A stretch of 61,865 bases of DNA, the filler included, from Chiloscyllium plagiosum (lineage: Eukaryota): the NCBI RefSeq assembly GCF_004010195.1. It is 4 parts of one record of this genome, joined end to end, with 100 filler letters (N's around TTAATTAATTAA, not from the genome) between each part and the next. Parts side by side here need not be neighbours in the genome. Positions count along the whole stretch, not along the records: positions 43,205 to 56,510 come from NC_057717.1; positions 56,611 to 61,865 come from NC_057717.1; 2 more parts are not named here. One strand, given 5' to 3'. The translations under genes and the position numbers were made by a program. The notes beneath the pieces were generated by a model, which had not been told where the DNA came from, ran no database searches, and was given only the letters and a program-made list of their open reading frames with translations. This document shows positions 48,892-61,865 of the stretch, one piece after another (the first letter of the stretch is position 1; the number at the start of each line of letters is the position of its first letter).

Positions 48892-49399
48892 GGGCGGTAG
48901 ATTTATTCAATATGGATTTTAGTTAGAGCAGAACAGAATGAGGCTTTCTAGACCCTGGAGCCTGATATACAATTACAGGAGGAGACCGATAAGCCCCTAG
49001 GGCCTATAAAACTGTAACAGATCATGCAGCACCAGTATCCAGTTGCACAGCAACAGGATCAGTCTATTCAGCTACTTGAAGTCATGGGAAAAGGAAGAGG
49101 CCACAAAGTGACTGGACTATGGGGTATACTGGAATAAAACCAGGATACATAGCCCCGCAGACCTGCCTTTCCATTCAGTAAGTCAGGGCTGATTTGCACT
49201 CGGCCGCAATTTCTCTTTCATGCCCAATTCTTTGTCGCCCTCGACTCTCTGTCGTGTCAAAATGCATTGGACACCCACTCGCACTCCCCAAATATTTCAG
49301 TGACGTAGCCTCCCCTAACTGTCTGGTTCCAACTGTCACTACCCTTTGAGAGAAGTAAACACTCCCCACACATATACCTTGGCCTATTGACATGGATAG

Positions 49400-49790
49400 A
49401 AGATATGAACACAGCGTAAAGTGACTGGCCCTGATATCAAGACAGGATTTGATAAAGCAAGACGTCAAGGAGACTGAACAAAATTGAACTTGATTGGAAT
49501 CAGTTGTAAACTCCCCACTAGTAATCATTCAGAACACAATGGGGCTGGTGGACATCAATCCTCCCAGTCCCTGGATATCCCTGTGGGCAATCCTCAGGGT
49601 AGCTTCTTCGGCACAAACATCTTCAGCTGCTTCATCAATGTCTTTCCCTCTGTCATACGATCAGAGGTGGAGATGTTCTGTGAAGATTATACAATGTTCA
49701 GAACAATGAGTCACCTCCTAAGGTACTAAAGTATCAAATCTGGACAACATTCAAGCTTGTACTGTTAATGTATAGGTAACATGAATCAAA
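49400..49790 (+). mobile_element. Old LINE RT remnant
   Basis: IPVGNPQGSFFGTNIFSCFINVFPSVIRSEVEMFCEDYT corresponds to the decayed GVPQGS..FADD RT motifs. Confidence 0.7.
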
Positions 49791-49961
49791 AGCACTGATG
49801 GGCACTAAACATTTCCACGGTTAAAAGAAAGAGAAACCCCTTCAACATCTCTAACTGGTTTCACAGTAATGTAAGAAAGTCATTCAGCCCATAAGATCTA
49901 TTGGATAACAAGACACGCAATGCATTCACTCACTCCTGCCTGTTACACAAGAAGACAATTT

Positions 49962-50678
49962 AACAAAAAAGACAGCAGGTGTTGGAATCCAAAATACACA
50001 CGCAGGAAGCTGGAAGAACAGAATAAGCATGGCAGCATTAAGACTTTGAGATGTGAATACCTTGGATAGAACCCTTCGTCAGGACTGTGAATGGGAGTAA
50101 GGAGGTCTATAGATAAGGGGGTGGGTGACGAAGGAGAAGGCAGAGTGCAGAGGTAGAGATAAGTGAGCACAGATGAAGGGTATGAGCGGGTTGGTGATGG
50201 GAGTGCTGAATCCAGTTGGTAGCAGACAAAAGATTGCTCAGAGGGCAGGGGAGGGCTTGGGAAGGGAGTCGGGGGGATTGGAAGGGAGGTTATTTGAAAT
50301 TGAAGAATTCAATGTTGAGTCCCTGGGGTGTCGGTTGCACAGGTGATAGATGAGATCGTGTTCCTCCAAATTATGGGTTGGTTCATTGTGCCAATGTAGG
50401 AGGCCAACGATGGCCATGTTGGAAAGGGATTGGGAAAGAGAATTGAAATAGGAATTGACTGGGACCATTCCAACTAACGACCCTACATTTCAGCTTCCAA
50501 CCGAATTCATCCCTCCCATCGCCCAACCATCCAACCACTCCCTTCCCTCTTTATCTACAGCTCCACTTACATCCCCCCCCACCCCAGTTCTGAAGAACGG
50601 TTATAACTGAAATGTTGACTTTCCCAGCTCATGATGCTGCCTGCCTTGCTGTTTTTTTACAGCCTTCTGTTTGTCTCT
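49962..50678. mobile_element. Decayed Penelope-like 3' fragment with inverted termini
   Basis: CAGGAAGCTGGAAGAACAGAATAAGCATGGCAGCATT..CTTCGTCAG is inverted against CTGAAGAA..GAAATGTTG..TGATGCTGCCTGCCTTGCTGTTTTTTTACAGCCTTCTG; minus-strand HNLEEHDLIYHL parallels RRLEEERLIFR. Confidence 0.7.
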
Positions 50679-51044
50679 TATAACTCAGGAAGATAGAGTC
50701 TAGTCAGCACAACGTGCTGGTAGGCAGGAACCACGGGTTGCCCACTGAAGTCCTTGAACCTCTGCCCTCGAGCCAGGAGGAAGACATTCAGTCCCTCGAG
50801 ACACTGACACATGAGCATAAGAGGCCATTCAGCCGCTCCAAACTGTTAGACTGAAATAGGTGGATGCCATTGTTGCTGCAACACGACAAACCTGTGAGGC
50901 ATAGACTGCAAAGACAGACTGCTCCATGTTGTTCCGCCTGGTTCCATTGCTAATGGTACACACGTGCTATGTTAACGTGGTTTGCTGACCATGAGGAGGG
51001 AAAGTGATTGGTTTGTGCCAAGGATGCATCTTCCATCTCCGAGA

Positions 51045-51703
51045 TGTTGTGAACTAGGCTAGACTACTCAAAACACTTTTAAGCAGGCAGCCCAGAGCAT
51101 ACCTTTGCAACTTGTTTCGTTAAGTGTACAATGAAAATGAGCCGAAGTAATTTAGCGAGGTTGACTAATAGATTTTAAAACAGGCAAAAACTTTATTCAT
51201 AAGATTAAACAATGCAACACAAAGAACAGAATAAAGGATCACGACAGAATTAAACCGATTCAGCTAGACTTAATTATGCTGTTCCAAATGTACACAACTG
51301 TCCCAATAAGCAAACTCCCAGTATAAACCAGTACAAACGGAACAAAAACTTCCAGGTTGAAGTCGAAGATCAGAAAAGAGAGAGAGTTTCCACACAGCTC
51401 CCAGTTGAACTTCCCAGTTCAATAATCCACTGCAAACTGCTCAGCTCATCTCAGCTAGTTCAGCTAAAATAGCTCACCACTCTCCATTCATTATACTGGT
51501 CACTTATAAAGCATGACCACTTTGGCCTGAAGTCTCATTTATTTCAATATAAGGAAAAGGCCTCTGAAAATAATTTTCATCTCTGTACCAAACCAGACTG
51601 ATCTGAGCTTGGCACGTTTTATTGTCCCTCTGAAAAAAAAAGGGCAGATTCTCCTTGAGCAAAGGAACAACTTTTCGACAAAAAAGGGACTAGCTTTGTG
51701 ACA
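51045..51703 (-). mobile_element. 3' LTR of a Gmr1-like element
   Basis: TG...CA termini (TGTTGTG at 51045; TGTGACA ending 51703); polypurine tract (minus strand AAG(G)n) at ~51707-51722. Confidence 0.8.
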
Positions 51704-54195
51704 TGTCCCCCCCCCCCCCTTAAAAAAAGAACCATTAATGCTAAAAGATGGCTGCATTTTTAACCCTTCAAACCCAGTTAGTAGTCTCAAAACTGACAGA
51801 TACACTATACTAACTGTAAACATTCAAACATGCACAAACTCATACAAATTCAAGCCGCAGTACACCCACCACCGAACACCTCCGTATCTCAGTCGAGTCT
51901 CAATAACTCATCAGATTTCACATTTTCACGACCTGCCACATGCACAATGGTCAGATTGAATGGCTGCAGCAACAAGCTCCATCTAAACAGTCTGGCATTT
52001 TTGTCCTTAATATTTTCCACAAATGTCAATGTGTTGTGATCAGAGTATGCGATTGTCTCAGATGCATTGCTGGTAATATAAATACAGTTATGGTGTAATG
52101 CCAACACCAACTTTAAAGTCTCTTTCTCCACCGTTGAACATTTCTGTGGATGAACGTTCGACTTCCCAAAAAAATACCCGATAGGTCTTTCTATTCCCTC
52201 ATCATCCTCCTGCAGGTACACCGGAACAATACCCACATCACTGGCATCGATAGCCACCTTGAAAGGATTCGTATAATCCAGTGTAGCTAATACTGGGGCT
52301 AGTGTTAACACAGTCTTTAGGCTGTAAAATGCCTTTTGACAGTCCTCTGTCCACTGAGAGTTCTTGCCCTTGACAATTTGGTGAGTGGCGCAGCCGCACT
52401 GTTTAAAGTTTGGCACAAACTTTCGGTAAAATCCATTCAGTCCCAGGAACTGTAGTACTGCATATATCTTTTTGTCGACGTTGTGAAACATTCCCCAACT
52501 ACTTTCGTTTTCGTAACTCATGGGGCAATTTGTCCATGTCCAATAACGTGACCCAGGAACGTGACTTGGGCCTTCTCAAATTCACTTTTTGCTAGGTTTA
52601 TCACCAAGCCTGCCCTCTGAAGTTGATCGCACAAGTTCGATAAATGCTCTAAATGTTCCTTCCATGAGTGACTAAAAATCACCAGATCATTAACTTATAT
52701 CACGTAGTTGGGTAATCCAGCAATGACCTTATTATCAGCCTCTGAAATGTGACTGGATCGTTTTTCATACCAAATGTCCATTTGGCGTTATGAAAGCCCC
52801 GAAATTGCCTTTGCTCTCTCTGACAGAGGACCTTGTCAGTAGCCTCTGAGCAAGTCCAACTTAGAAATGTAAGTAGCTTCTCCCACCTTTTCGACAGAGT
52901 TCTCCAAACATGGAATTGGATATGCATCAGGCTTTGTAACGGCGTTGATTTTGTGATAGTCCTCACATGACCGTTGGGGCCCATCTGACTTTGACACCAT
53001 GACTATACGTGAGCTCCAGTCACTGTACCTCACTTCGATTATGCGATCTTGGACCATTCACTCTATCTCCTTCTGAACCTGTGCCAATTGTGGAGGGTCG
53101 TACCTGTAAAGATGTTGCTTAATCAGAACAGCATCTCCTGTATCTTTATCATGCACAAGTATGTTTGTACTTCACAGTTTATTTCCACATATCTCTCCAT
53201 GATATTGTAAAAACTCTTTCAGGTCAGTTTGCTTTTCTTGTGGAAGGTAATTCAATAATTTATCCCAATTTTTTACAACTTTCTCGTTCAATGTGATGTG
53301 AGGAATGTCCCATTCAGAATCCTCTGAGCTTGGTTCTTCACTCTGTGATGTAATCATTCACACCTTCTCCTCTTGCTTTCCTTCCCGATCAAAATATCTT
53401 TTGAGCATATTCATATGACATACTATGTGAGATTTCTTTCTGTCTGGAGTCCGTACCAAGTAGTTCACCTCATTCAATTTGTACCCCATTTGATATGGTG
53501 CACTAAAATTTGGTTTTAAAGTCTCACCTGTTACCGGAAGTAGCACCAAGACCTTATTCCCAATTGCAAAATTGCGAATTTGTGATTGCTGATCCACTTC
53601 CTGTTTCATTGTATGCTGCGATACTTTTAAATACTGTCTACCCAACTCCCCAGCTCTATTTAATCATTCCCTAAAATGTGACACATCGTCCAAATGGGTG
53701 GTCTCTGAATTCTGACTTAGTAATATCTCCATAACCAATGTATGGTCCTTTTACTTCATGCCTGCAAATTAATTCAAATAGACTGAATTTGTTCGATTCA
53801 TTCTGTGCGTCTCTGATCACAAATAGTTCAAAAAGAATTTCCTTTTCGCAATCATCTGGATAATCCTGACCTTAAACCTTCAACATGGTCTTCAGTTTGT
53901 GATGCCGTCTCTCTCATGCTCCCTGTGATTCCGAATAGTACGCAGTAGATTTAAATTGCTTTATTCCGAAGTTATTCATCACCTCCTTGAGTGGTTCAGA
54001 TGTGAGGTTTGATCTGTCTGGATCTCTATTGGTAGTCCGTATCTAGTAAAAACATTAAGTTTTTTTTTCTACAACTCTTTTAGCTGTGATGGTGCATAAT
54101 GGGATTGCCTCTGGAAATCTAGTCGACACATCCATTATTGTTAATAATTACTTATTCCCACTTTGTGTTTGCGGTAGGGGTCGATGCAATCTATC
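51704..54195 (-). mobile_element. Decayed Gmr1-like Gypsy pol: integrase upstream of RT-RNase H
   Basis: Minus-strand order: IN (GPY-like RNFAIGNKVLVLLP..FSAPY..VCHMNMLKRY, 53358-53645), then RT (WSSRIVMV..DYHKINAVTKPDAYPIP..SKLDLLRGY; FGMKNDPVTFQRL), then RH (QFLGLNGFYRKFVPNF..DASDVG..WSLLLQ..GREN). Confidence 0.9.
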
Positions 54196-55159
54196 NNNNN
54201 NNNNNNNNNNNNNNNNNNNNNNNNNNNNNNNNNNNNNNNNNNNNNNNNNNNNNNNNNNNNNNNNNNNNNNNNNNNNNNNNNNNNNNNNNNNNNNNNNNNN
54301 NNNNNNNNNNNNNNNNNNNNNNNNNNNNNNNNNNNNNNNNNNNNNNNNNNNNNNNNNNNNNNNNNNNNNNNNNNNNNNNNNNNNNNNNNNNNNNNNNNNN
54401 NNNNNNNNNNNNNNNNNNNNNNNNNNNNNNNNNNNNNNNNNNNNNNNNNNNNNNNNNNNNNNNNNNNNNNNNNNNNNNNNNNNNNNNNNNNNNNNNNNNN
54501 NNNNNNNNNNNNNNNNNNNNNNNNNNNNNNNNNNNNNNNNNNNNNNNNNNNNNNNNNNNNNNNNNNNNNNNNNNNNNNNNNNNNNNNNNNNNNNNNNNNN
54601 NNNNNNNNNNNNNNNNNNNNNNNNNNNNNNNNNNNNNNNNNNNNNNNNNNNNNNNNNNNNNNNNNNNNNNNNNNNNNNNNNNNNNNNNNNNNNNNCTTTT
54701 TTTTCTGAACATTGTGTAGTTTTCAGTGAATATCCCCACAACGGATTGTTGTGAACTCAATGGACTGTTTCCACACTGCAGGGATTCCCCGCTGGTCAAC
54801 TGCAGATGCCTGGGCTGAGGGAGATACCCTGAGAATCTCCTGCAGTGATACGCCACGACTGAGATGATTGATGCCCACCGAGAGTAAATACCTTCCCTTG
54901 TGCTGTGAATAACTCCGAGCAGTGGAGAGGTCACAATCGATTCTGATTTCTGCGATTTTGCTCAGGCTCCTTGATGCCATCCTCAGTCTAATACTGCCTT
55001 GAGTACAGGGCCAGTCTGTCTTTCCTAAGCCCCTGTGTTCCCTCTATTGTTCATATCAATAGGTCATGGTGTAGAAGTAGAGACTGGTTTCTTCAAACAG
55101 AATAACGTGATTGTCAGGAATTTTCTGACACAGCGACTTAAGGGAGCTAGATAACTGAA

Positions 55160-56160
55160 AGGGACCAGTGATGTCCTGCAGAGATCGGTTGTGGGACCGC
55201 TGCTTGCTGTGATTTTTATAAATGATTTTGATGAAGAAGCGGAAAGGTGGGTTAGTCAGTTTGCCGATGATGCGAAGGTTTGTGGAGTGGTACATAGTAT
55301 GGAGGGCTGTTGTCGGTTGCAATGGGGCATTCACAGGATGCAGAGGTGGGCTGAGAAGTGGCAAATAGAGTTCAACCTGGAAAAGTGTGAAGTGATTCTC
55401 TGCAAGCTCGAATGTGAATGCAGAATACAGTGTCAAAGGCAGGATTGTTGGCAGTGTGGAGAAACAGAAATGATCTTGGGGTCCATGTCCATAGATCCCT
55501 TACGTTTGCTACCCAAATTGTGATAGGGTTGTTAAGAAGGCATATAGTACTTCAGTTTTGATTAACAGGGGATTGAGTTTAAGAGCCACAAGGTTACATT
55601 GCAGCTCTATAGCGCCTTGGCTAGACCACACTTGGAATATTGTGTTCAGTTCTGGTCACTTCATTCTAGGAAGGATGAGGAAGCTTTAGAGAGGGTGCAG
55701 AGGGAACTTACCAGGATGCTGACTGGATTGGAGATCAGGTCTTATGAAGAAAGAATGAGGGAGTTAGGGCCTTTCTCATTGGAGTGAAGCAGGATGAGAG
55801 GTGATTGGATACAGGTGTACAAGATGATGAGAGGCATAGATAGAGTGAATAGCCAGATACCTTTTCCCCCCAGCAAAAATGTCTCTAACGAGGGAACGAG
55901 AATTAAAGTGTTTGGAGGACGGTTTCGGGGAGATGTCAACGTTCGGTTCTTTACATAGAGAGTTTTGTGTGCATGGAATGCACTGCCAGCAATGTTAGTC
56001 GAATCAGATACCTGAGGGACATTTAAGAGATGCTTGGATAGGCACATGAAAGATAATGCACGAAAGTATGTCGATGAGTCGAGAAGGATAAAAGATCAGC
56101 ACAACATCGAGGACCGAAGGGCCTGTACTGTGCTGTAATGTCCTATGTTCTCTGTTCTAC
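55160..56160 (+). mobile_element. 5'-truncated CR1 LINE 3' portion
   Basis: GPLLAVIFINDFD..QFADDAK; QLYSALARPHLEYCVQFWS; 3' tail GGACCGAAGGGCCTGTACTGTGCTGTAATGTCCTATGTTCT. Confidence 0.92.
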
Positions 56161-57112
56161 GAAAGTATTTAAAGAGGCTTTAGATGGATTTTGACCTGTC
56201 AGAGAATTGAGTGCTATGAATAATTAGGCATAAAAGAGGACTTGAGACCGAGAGAAGATCAGCCATGATCTGACTGAAGGGCAAGGCAATGTTGAGGGGT
56301 GGGAGTAGGGAGCGAACAACTTGTTTCTGTTGCTGCGTTCTATTATTGGAATGATACAGGGTGTTATTTTCCTGGAAGTTTGGTTATTGAATGTTATAGT
56401 CAGGGTGTCCAGAGGATTTTCTGAGCCATCTCTGGGTGATGTGTCCGAGCTGTATTCACAGTAAAACTGATTTGATAACGTGACCAACAAATGGAGCACA
56501 TTTTGCAGAANNNNNNNNNNNNNNNNNNNNNNNNNNNNNNNNNNNNNNNNNNNNTTAATTAATTAANNNNNNNNNNNNNNNNNNNNNNNNNNNNNNNNNN
56601 NNNNNNNNNNGTTTTCTGAAACACACTTTCAACATTTGATGCCAATTACAAGTATCGATGGACAAGCACCACAATTTCCCTTTGTTCCTCCGAGCTTTCT
56701 AGTGGCTTCCCATTCTTTGAGTAAAACCTTGTTTTGTTACTTCTTGCAAAGTACACTACCACGTAGTTTTCATGGCAAATTTTCAGCGGATACTGATTAG
56801 CCCATTTGAGCAAGCTGTATAAAATTTCATGAAACCTAATATTTGCTTTCACATGCTCGCTCACTTAAATAATCTTCCTGTCATTTGTAAGCCCAATTAT
56901 CATCCATATCCCCAAATTATGGAAAGGTGCCTACCGTGAGTTGTGTGCTACTTCAATGGTGCTCAGTAACCTGCTTCTGTGTCATTTAATATGCCACATT
57001 TCAAAGTACAGAATAATATAAAGTAGCATCGTGTTCAAGCAGGGGAGTTTCAAGCAGAATGTCAGAGGTGGATTTTGAAGCTGGTAGAATCTGTATCTAC
57101 AATTTGCCTGAA

Positions 57113-57600
57113 GCCGTTAAGGACCAGGCCGGACACTCTCAAAACCTTTGAAGATCGTGGCCCAATCCATAATGTTGCGAGTTGTTTTAAGTAGGTGAAA
57201 CGCACATATTCCAGAAAGAATGCAGCTGGCCAACCGCGTTAGTTGTATTTACATGATTACCGAATGAATCACAAACAAAGCGATATAATAGTCAATTTGT
57301 TAACTTATCCGAAAACACAGAAGATTATCCCAAATTAATGATGCTGTTCCAAATACTTGCTATAATCCCCTTAAAAGCGCATTGCCACAAAGGTTAAAAT
57401 TTAACATAGGGTCTTACAGGAGAGAAGACATATACAGTGCACGGGCATGGACCTGCTTCTTTGAGTCAGCTTCAAAACTACCTGACTGCTTTTCGTGAAT
57501 ACCCAGATTGCTAAAAACTAAATCAAACCAGAAAAAAAGCTGAGTTGGGAGGACAGACTATACCCGGTTCATTCTGTCTTCTACAGTGAGTTTACTGGGA
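57113..57600 (-). mobile_element. Partial Gypsy LTR related to 51045-51703
   Basis: GACCAGGCCGGACACTCTCAAAAC..ATGCTGTTCCAAAT. Confidence 0.5.
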
Positions 57601-57982
57601 ATTGAAATCCTGTTCTGATGAAACTTCAGCATTTTTACCTGCACTACTAACCAACTAGTTGCCACAGCAATGACAGATCTACTTGTCATTATCACCGAGG
57701 GCAGTTTGAGCTATACCAGTAATGAATATTTCCAATTTTTTCCTGAATTTTACTCCCATGTGTATTTTCTTTGCTGTCCTGCTTGCTGCACCCAGACTGT
57801 CATGTCCTCTTTGATTGATTTGTTGTCATTTGTTACAAGCAGCTGAAAAAAACAATATTGCATGACGACAATGGCAGCCGTTGTTCTCGCGTCACGCTGC
57901 AATCTGCACTGTGTGAAACAAATGTCCCTTTCTATTTATATGTGTACTTTGGTTGATAATCAAATCAGTATTCTGGTTCTAT

Positions 57983-59203
57983 TCTGCATCGGCGCTGCAT
58001 CGCTGTATCGGCGTTGCCAGATGCTCCCACGAGGAGGTTGAACATTTCAACCACTCTACTAACACCTTCCACCCCGACCTCAAATTTACCTGGACCGTCT
58101 CAGACTCCTCCCTCCCCTACCTAGACATCTCCATTTGTATCTCGGGTGACCGAATCAACACGGACATTTACTATAAACCTACAGACTCCCACAGCTACCT
58201 AGACAACACCTCCTCCCACCTTGCCCACTGTAAAAACGCCATCACATATATGCAATTCCTTCGCCTCCGCCGCATCTGCTCCCAGGAGGACCAGTTCTAA
58301 CACTGAGCAACCCAGACGGCCTCCTTCTTCAAAGACCGCAATTTTCCCCCAGACGTGGTCGACGATGCTGTCCACCGCATCTCCTTCACTTCCCGCTCCT
58401 CCGCCCTTGAGCACCGCCCCTCCAATCGCTACCAGGACAGAACCCCACTGATCCTCAACCTACCAAACCACTTATACACCGTATCATCCATCGTCATTTC
58501 TGCCACCTCCAAACGGACCCCACCATCAAGGATATATTTCCCTGCCCTCCCCTATTAGCGTTCCGAAAAGACCACTCCCTCCGTGACTCCCTCGTCAGGT
58601 CCATACCACCAACCAAACCAACCTCCACACCTGGCACCTTCCCCTGCAACACAAAANNNNNNNNNNNNNNNNNNNNNNNNNNNNNNNNNNNNNNNNNNNN
58701 NNNNNNNNNNNNNNNNNNNNNNNNNNNNAACTCCCCCTCCCACTCCACCAAGGACATGCAGGTCCTTGGACCCCTCCATCGTCAGACCATAGCAACACGA
58801 CGGCTGGAGGAAGAGCGCCTCATCTTCCGCCGAGGTACCCTCCAAGCACAAGGGATGAAGTCAGATTTTTCCAGCTTGCTCATTTCTCCTCCCCCACTTT
58901 GTCTCATTCCTAACCCTCGAACTCTGCTCCACCTTCCTAACCTGCAATCTTCTTCCTGACCTGTCCGGCCCCACCCCCACTCCGGCCTATCACCCTCACC
59001 TTATCACCCTCACCTTAACCTCCTTCCACCTATCCCATTTCCGACGCCCCTCCCCCAAGTCCCTCCTCCCTACCTTTTATCTTATCCTGCTTGGTACACT
59101 TTCCTCATTCCTGAAGAAGGGCTCTCGCCCAAAACGTCGATTCTCCTGCTCCTTGGATGATGCCTGACCCGGTGCGCTTTTCCAGCAACACATTTTAAGC
59201 TCT
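57983..59203 (+). mobile_element. 5'-truncated Penelope-like element whose 3' terminus is the family A sequence
   Basis: FHPDLKFTWTVSDSSLPYLDI..TDIYYKPTDSHSYLDNTSSH..QFLRLRRICS; RRLEEERLIFRRGTLQ; hammerhead remnant CTGAAGA-A-GGGC(TCTC)GCCC-AAAA-CGTC at 59111-59138. Confidence 0.9.
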
Positions 59204-59478
59204 ATTATGCAAAGCCGAGCTACGTTACACGTGCTGTAGAATGTGTTTGTGTTATTTTGTGAAGACATTTTTGTTCATTGTACCGTACAATTTGTTGCTA
59301 TGGTTAGTGCTCTGTCAGACATGTTTTCGCAATTAACAGAGCTCATAAAGGACTGAAGCAGAGATAATCGTAGCATCTCAGAGAAGGTCAGGAGAAGGAA
59401 ATTTTGATTTTACCTTGCGGCCTATCAGGCAGGTCTATCCTGTTGTCATCTGCATATGTAACGGAACTCATATGTTAC

Positions 59479-60219
59479 TGTTATGGCACAGGGTAAACCT
59501 TTCGACGTAATTCAAACCAGCAACACAAAAAAGATTTAGTTTGCGCAGTAATCTGTACAAATTTGAGAGGCCAAGATGTATTTAAAGAAAAATAAACAAT
59601 TTTATTTCTTAAATTATGACACAGAATAATTAACAAACAACTATTTACAACTACTTCTCCTAACCCACATTTTACCTTTCCTTCTAGAATACGAGTGTGA
59701 TCAGCTTCTACCCCATCCCACCCCGATTAAGAATTAACAGAAGTTCACTTTTTCAAAAATAAGCAGACATTAAACCTTCTCTTCATATCTTCCTCCGTCT
59801 TCTTTCCTTCTTCGAAGGGATTTCTGATTCTCAGGCTACTAATCGATGCAGGTACCTTTAAGACAGCTATGTTTTGGGCAGTCTCGAGTGCTGGTGGCAC
59901 TACAGTTGTCCTCCCTCCCAGTTGTTCAATTTTCCCGATCTTCTAACCCAAGGCATCAGATTGTGTCTTTGGCTTTCAAGGGTGTAAATCAACTACATTC
60001 AAATTGGATTGGAGTTTGTTTTCTTTATTGGAGGTATAATTAAACTGATTGGCCTAATTCAAATCTGTTTTTATCTCTAGGCAATCATCCACCCGAGCTA
60101 CCTCAGTAGCTGGACCACGTGTTACATTGTTCAGTACTAAGAATAGTTGGTGCTGTCAGGTCGTTCTTCTATTTTTCAGATTTCTTAAAGCTAAAATACA
60201 CCCACGTATTCACATGACA
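59479..60219 (-). mobile_element. Solo LTR of the Gypsy family at 33183-36982
   Basis: Termini TGTTATG...CATGACA; 60000-60219 is colinear with 36770-36982; no clean TSD seen. Confidence 0.7.
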
Positions 60220-60889
60220 ACAACATACACAGAAGACATCCAGGGATTACGTGGAGCCTGAAATTAACTTTGAACAAATCAAAGCAAAGCAGCTGAATTA
60301 AGATTGTTGTAAAAATACATTTATGCGGTGACGCAGTTCACGGGTTCAGATTAAAAAAAAGAATTGAGTCACACTGAAAAGCCCTGTCACATCGATTACT
60401 GAACTATTGAATAAACACATTAACTTAAAACCACCCAACGACATTTTCAACCATTTGTGATCTCGCTCAACTGATTTGTTTGCAACATCCCCGAAATATG
60501 AATTTCCTCCTGCTTAATGACAATTACCTCATCAAATCAGTACATCCGTCAAATTACATTCTATTACTGTTCTTATTGGCAGTTGAATTCGATCAACCTT
60601 TGAAGATATGCGGTCCAACAAATGGGCAATATGCAATTTGCATCCACATTTTCCAGTTCATTTCTTTTCTTAAAATTTATAATATTTGTCGTCGACTGGA
60701 CTGTTGCCGTACCAATCAACGGATTGAAACTTCATTGCACACCCTGAAATTAAGAATGTCATTTTACAAATTCCAACCCTTGACTGATAGTTTCACGGGT
60801 TTACCAATGTTATGCCTGCCCAATTTGTTGATCACTTTTCGGTATCTTTGACAAATCTGTCCCCACTGTCTTCATCTTTGACTCTACAT

Positions 60890-61700
60890 CTGCTTAGTAT
60901 GCGTTTATGTTGCTCCTGACTGTATGCGTATCTGCATCAGTGTGATGAACAAAGGTGACCTTGTATGCGTGATGGTGCGTTGCTGTCTGCATGCCTCTGT
61001 GCTGCTGTGTGTGTTCTTTTTAATATTTATTTGTGGGATAATGTAGGTATTTTCATATCAGCGCTGATGCAGCTTTGGTTGTCAGTGTTCATTTGTGTTT
61101 AATGCTAATGGGTAATTACGTTTTACAAGAGTCTGGGTTAGCTTTGAATCTGTGTGACAGTGTCTCTGGATGACAGTGAGTGTGCCAATTTTTCTACGTA
61201 TAAGGAAATGTGTGCATATATCTGTATGTATGTGTGGTTCTCTCCTTTTTGTATACTTGAGAATCCTTTATTTTCATTTGACAATAACAATAACGTTTTT
61301 TTCTGTGTGTGAGAAATTGTTTTTGTATTATCAAGTGCATTTGCATCACATTGAGTTTCTGTAGGCAGTTGTATATTTGCTTATGTCTATCTCTGCCTGT
61401 GCCTGTGTGTATGTTTTTGCACTTTCACCTTTAAAGTGAAAGTCGATGTGTATGATGATGACTGCGTCTTTTTGTACGTTTTCCTATTTCTATGCCTTTC
61501 TTTGTGTGTATTTATGCATTTGACACGACTCCTGTATGTGTCATCGTCAATGTGCCTCTGAGCAATGCTTGAATGCTTGTGTGATTGTCGGTGGGTGTCT
61601 GTAATTCGGCATGTCAATATATGCATTTATTTGTGGCACAATTATGTGCATTTATTGGTATGTTAATCAGCACATCTGCACACATATTAAAGTGTTTGCA
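60890..61700. repeat. Degenerate TG-rich low-complexity region
   Basis: Dispersed TGTG/TATG tracts without a fixed period. Confidence 0.5.
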
Positions 61701-61865
61701 TTTTAAAGTACTTATATTGGTGATTGTGTCTCCCTATGATACAGAAAGAGATAGTCGAAAGACGTCAGTTTTTCTATCTTTGCATTCTAACAATATAAAA
61801 GTACTACATTTCAATATCCTCAAACTTATGCCAAATTTTCCTTGTGAGACTTTCAAATAAATAAT

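Larger units (their letters stand above)
45760..48925 (+). mobile_element. Decayed CR1 LINE retaining the 5' UTR, ORF1 (Zn-finger/zipper + SGNH esterase) and the 5' half of ORF2
   Basis: ORF1 MAFRAVARSCCGMW..CGHCTQLQILGGRVREL, IGGSIVSGTDQRFCG..RMVRYFPGAR, HVGTN; ORF2 CICFSARVLTGKADELRAWI..IIAITETWL, HLGTSNN, KIRINPKRYFKY. Confidence 0.9.

Noticed and set aside
33183..54195. A single Gypsy element split into two parts
   Set aside because: Both parts contain the integrase core, the order is incompatible, and the LTR sequences differ
57860..57905. Promoter-like CpG patch with CRE-like TGACG/CGTCA half-sites
   Set aside because: Too short, with no associated exon or CpG island

Overview
Eukaryotic, repeat-dominated genomic DNA, most consistent with a cartilaginous fish (shark). 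The evidence is HE1/V-SINE-type SINEs, abundant CR1-type LINEs, Penelope-like elements (PLEs) and Gmr1-type Gypsy LTR elements. No intact protein-coding gene is supported. The only host-gene-like sequence is a GPR139/GPR142-like class A GPCR coding exon (14867-16805, +). It is disabled by a young CR1 insertion at the DRF motif, a frameshift with stop, and a TGG>TGA nonsense change. The rest is a mosaic of decayed CR1 LINEs, PLE fragments with minimal hammerhead-ribozyme motifs, two Gmr1-like Gypsy remnants plus partial/solo LTRs, a decayed ERV-like 5' end (TATA, AATAAA, CA, tRNA-His-like PBS, 46-bp leader array), degenerate minisatellites, near-identical local duplications and assembly gaps. 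The most notable pattern is at least six short (150-270 bp) fold-back insertions built from PLE termini, in three sequence families and each flanked by an exact or degenerate target-site duplication. All calls were made by eye without database searches, and boundaries of decayed elements are approximate.
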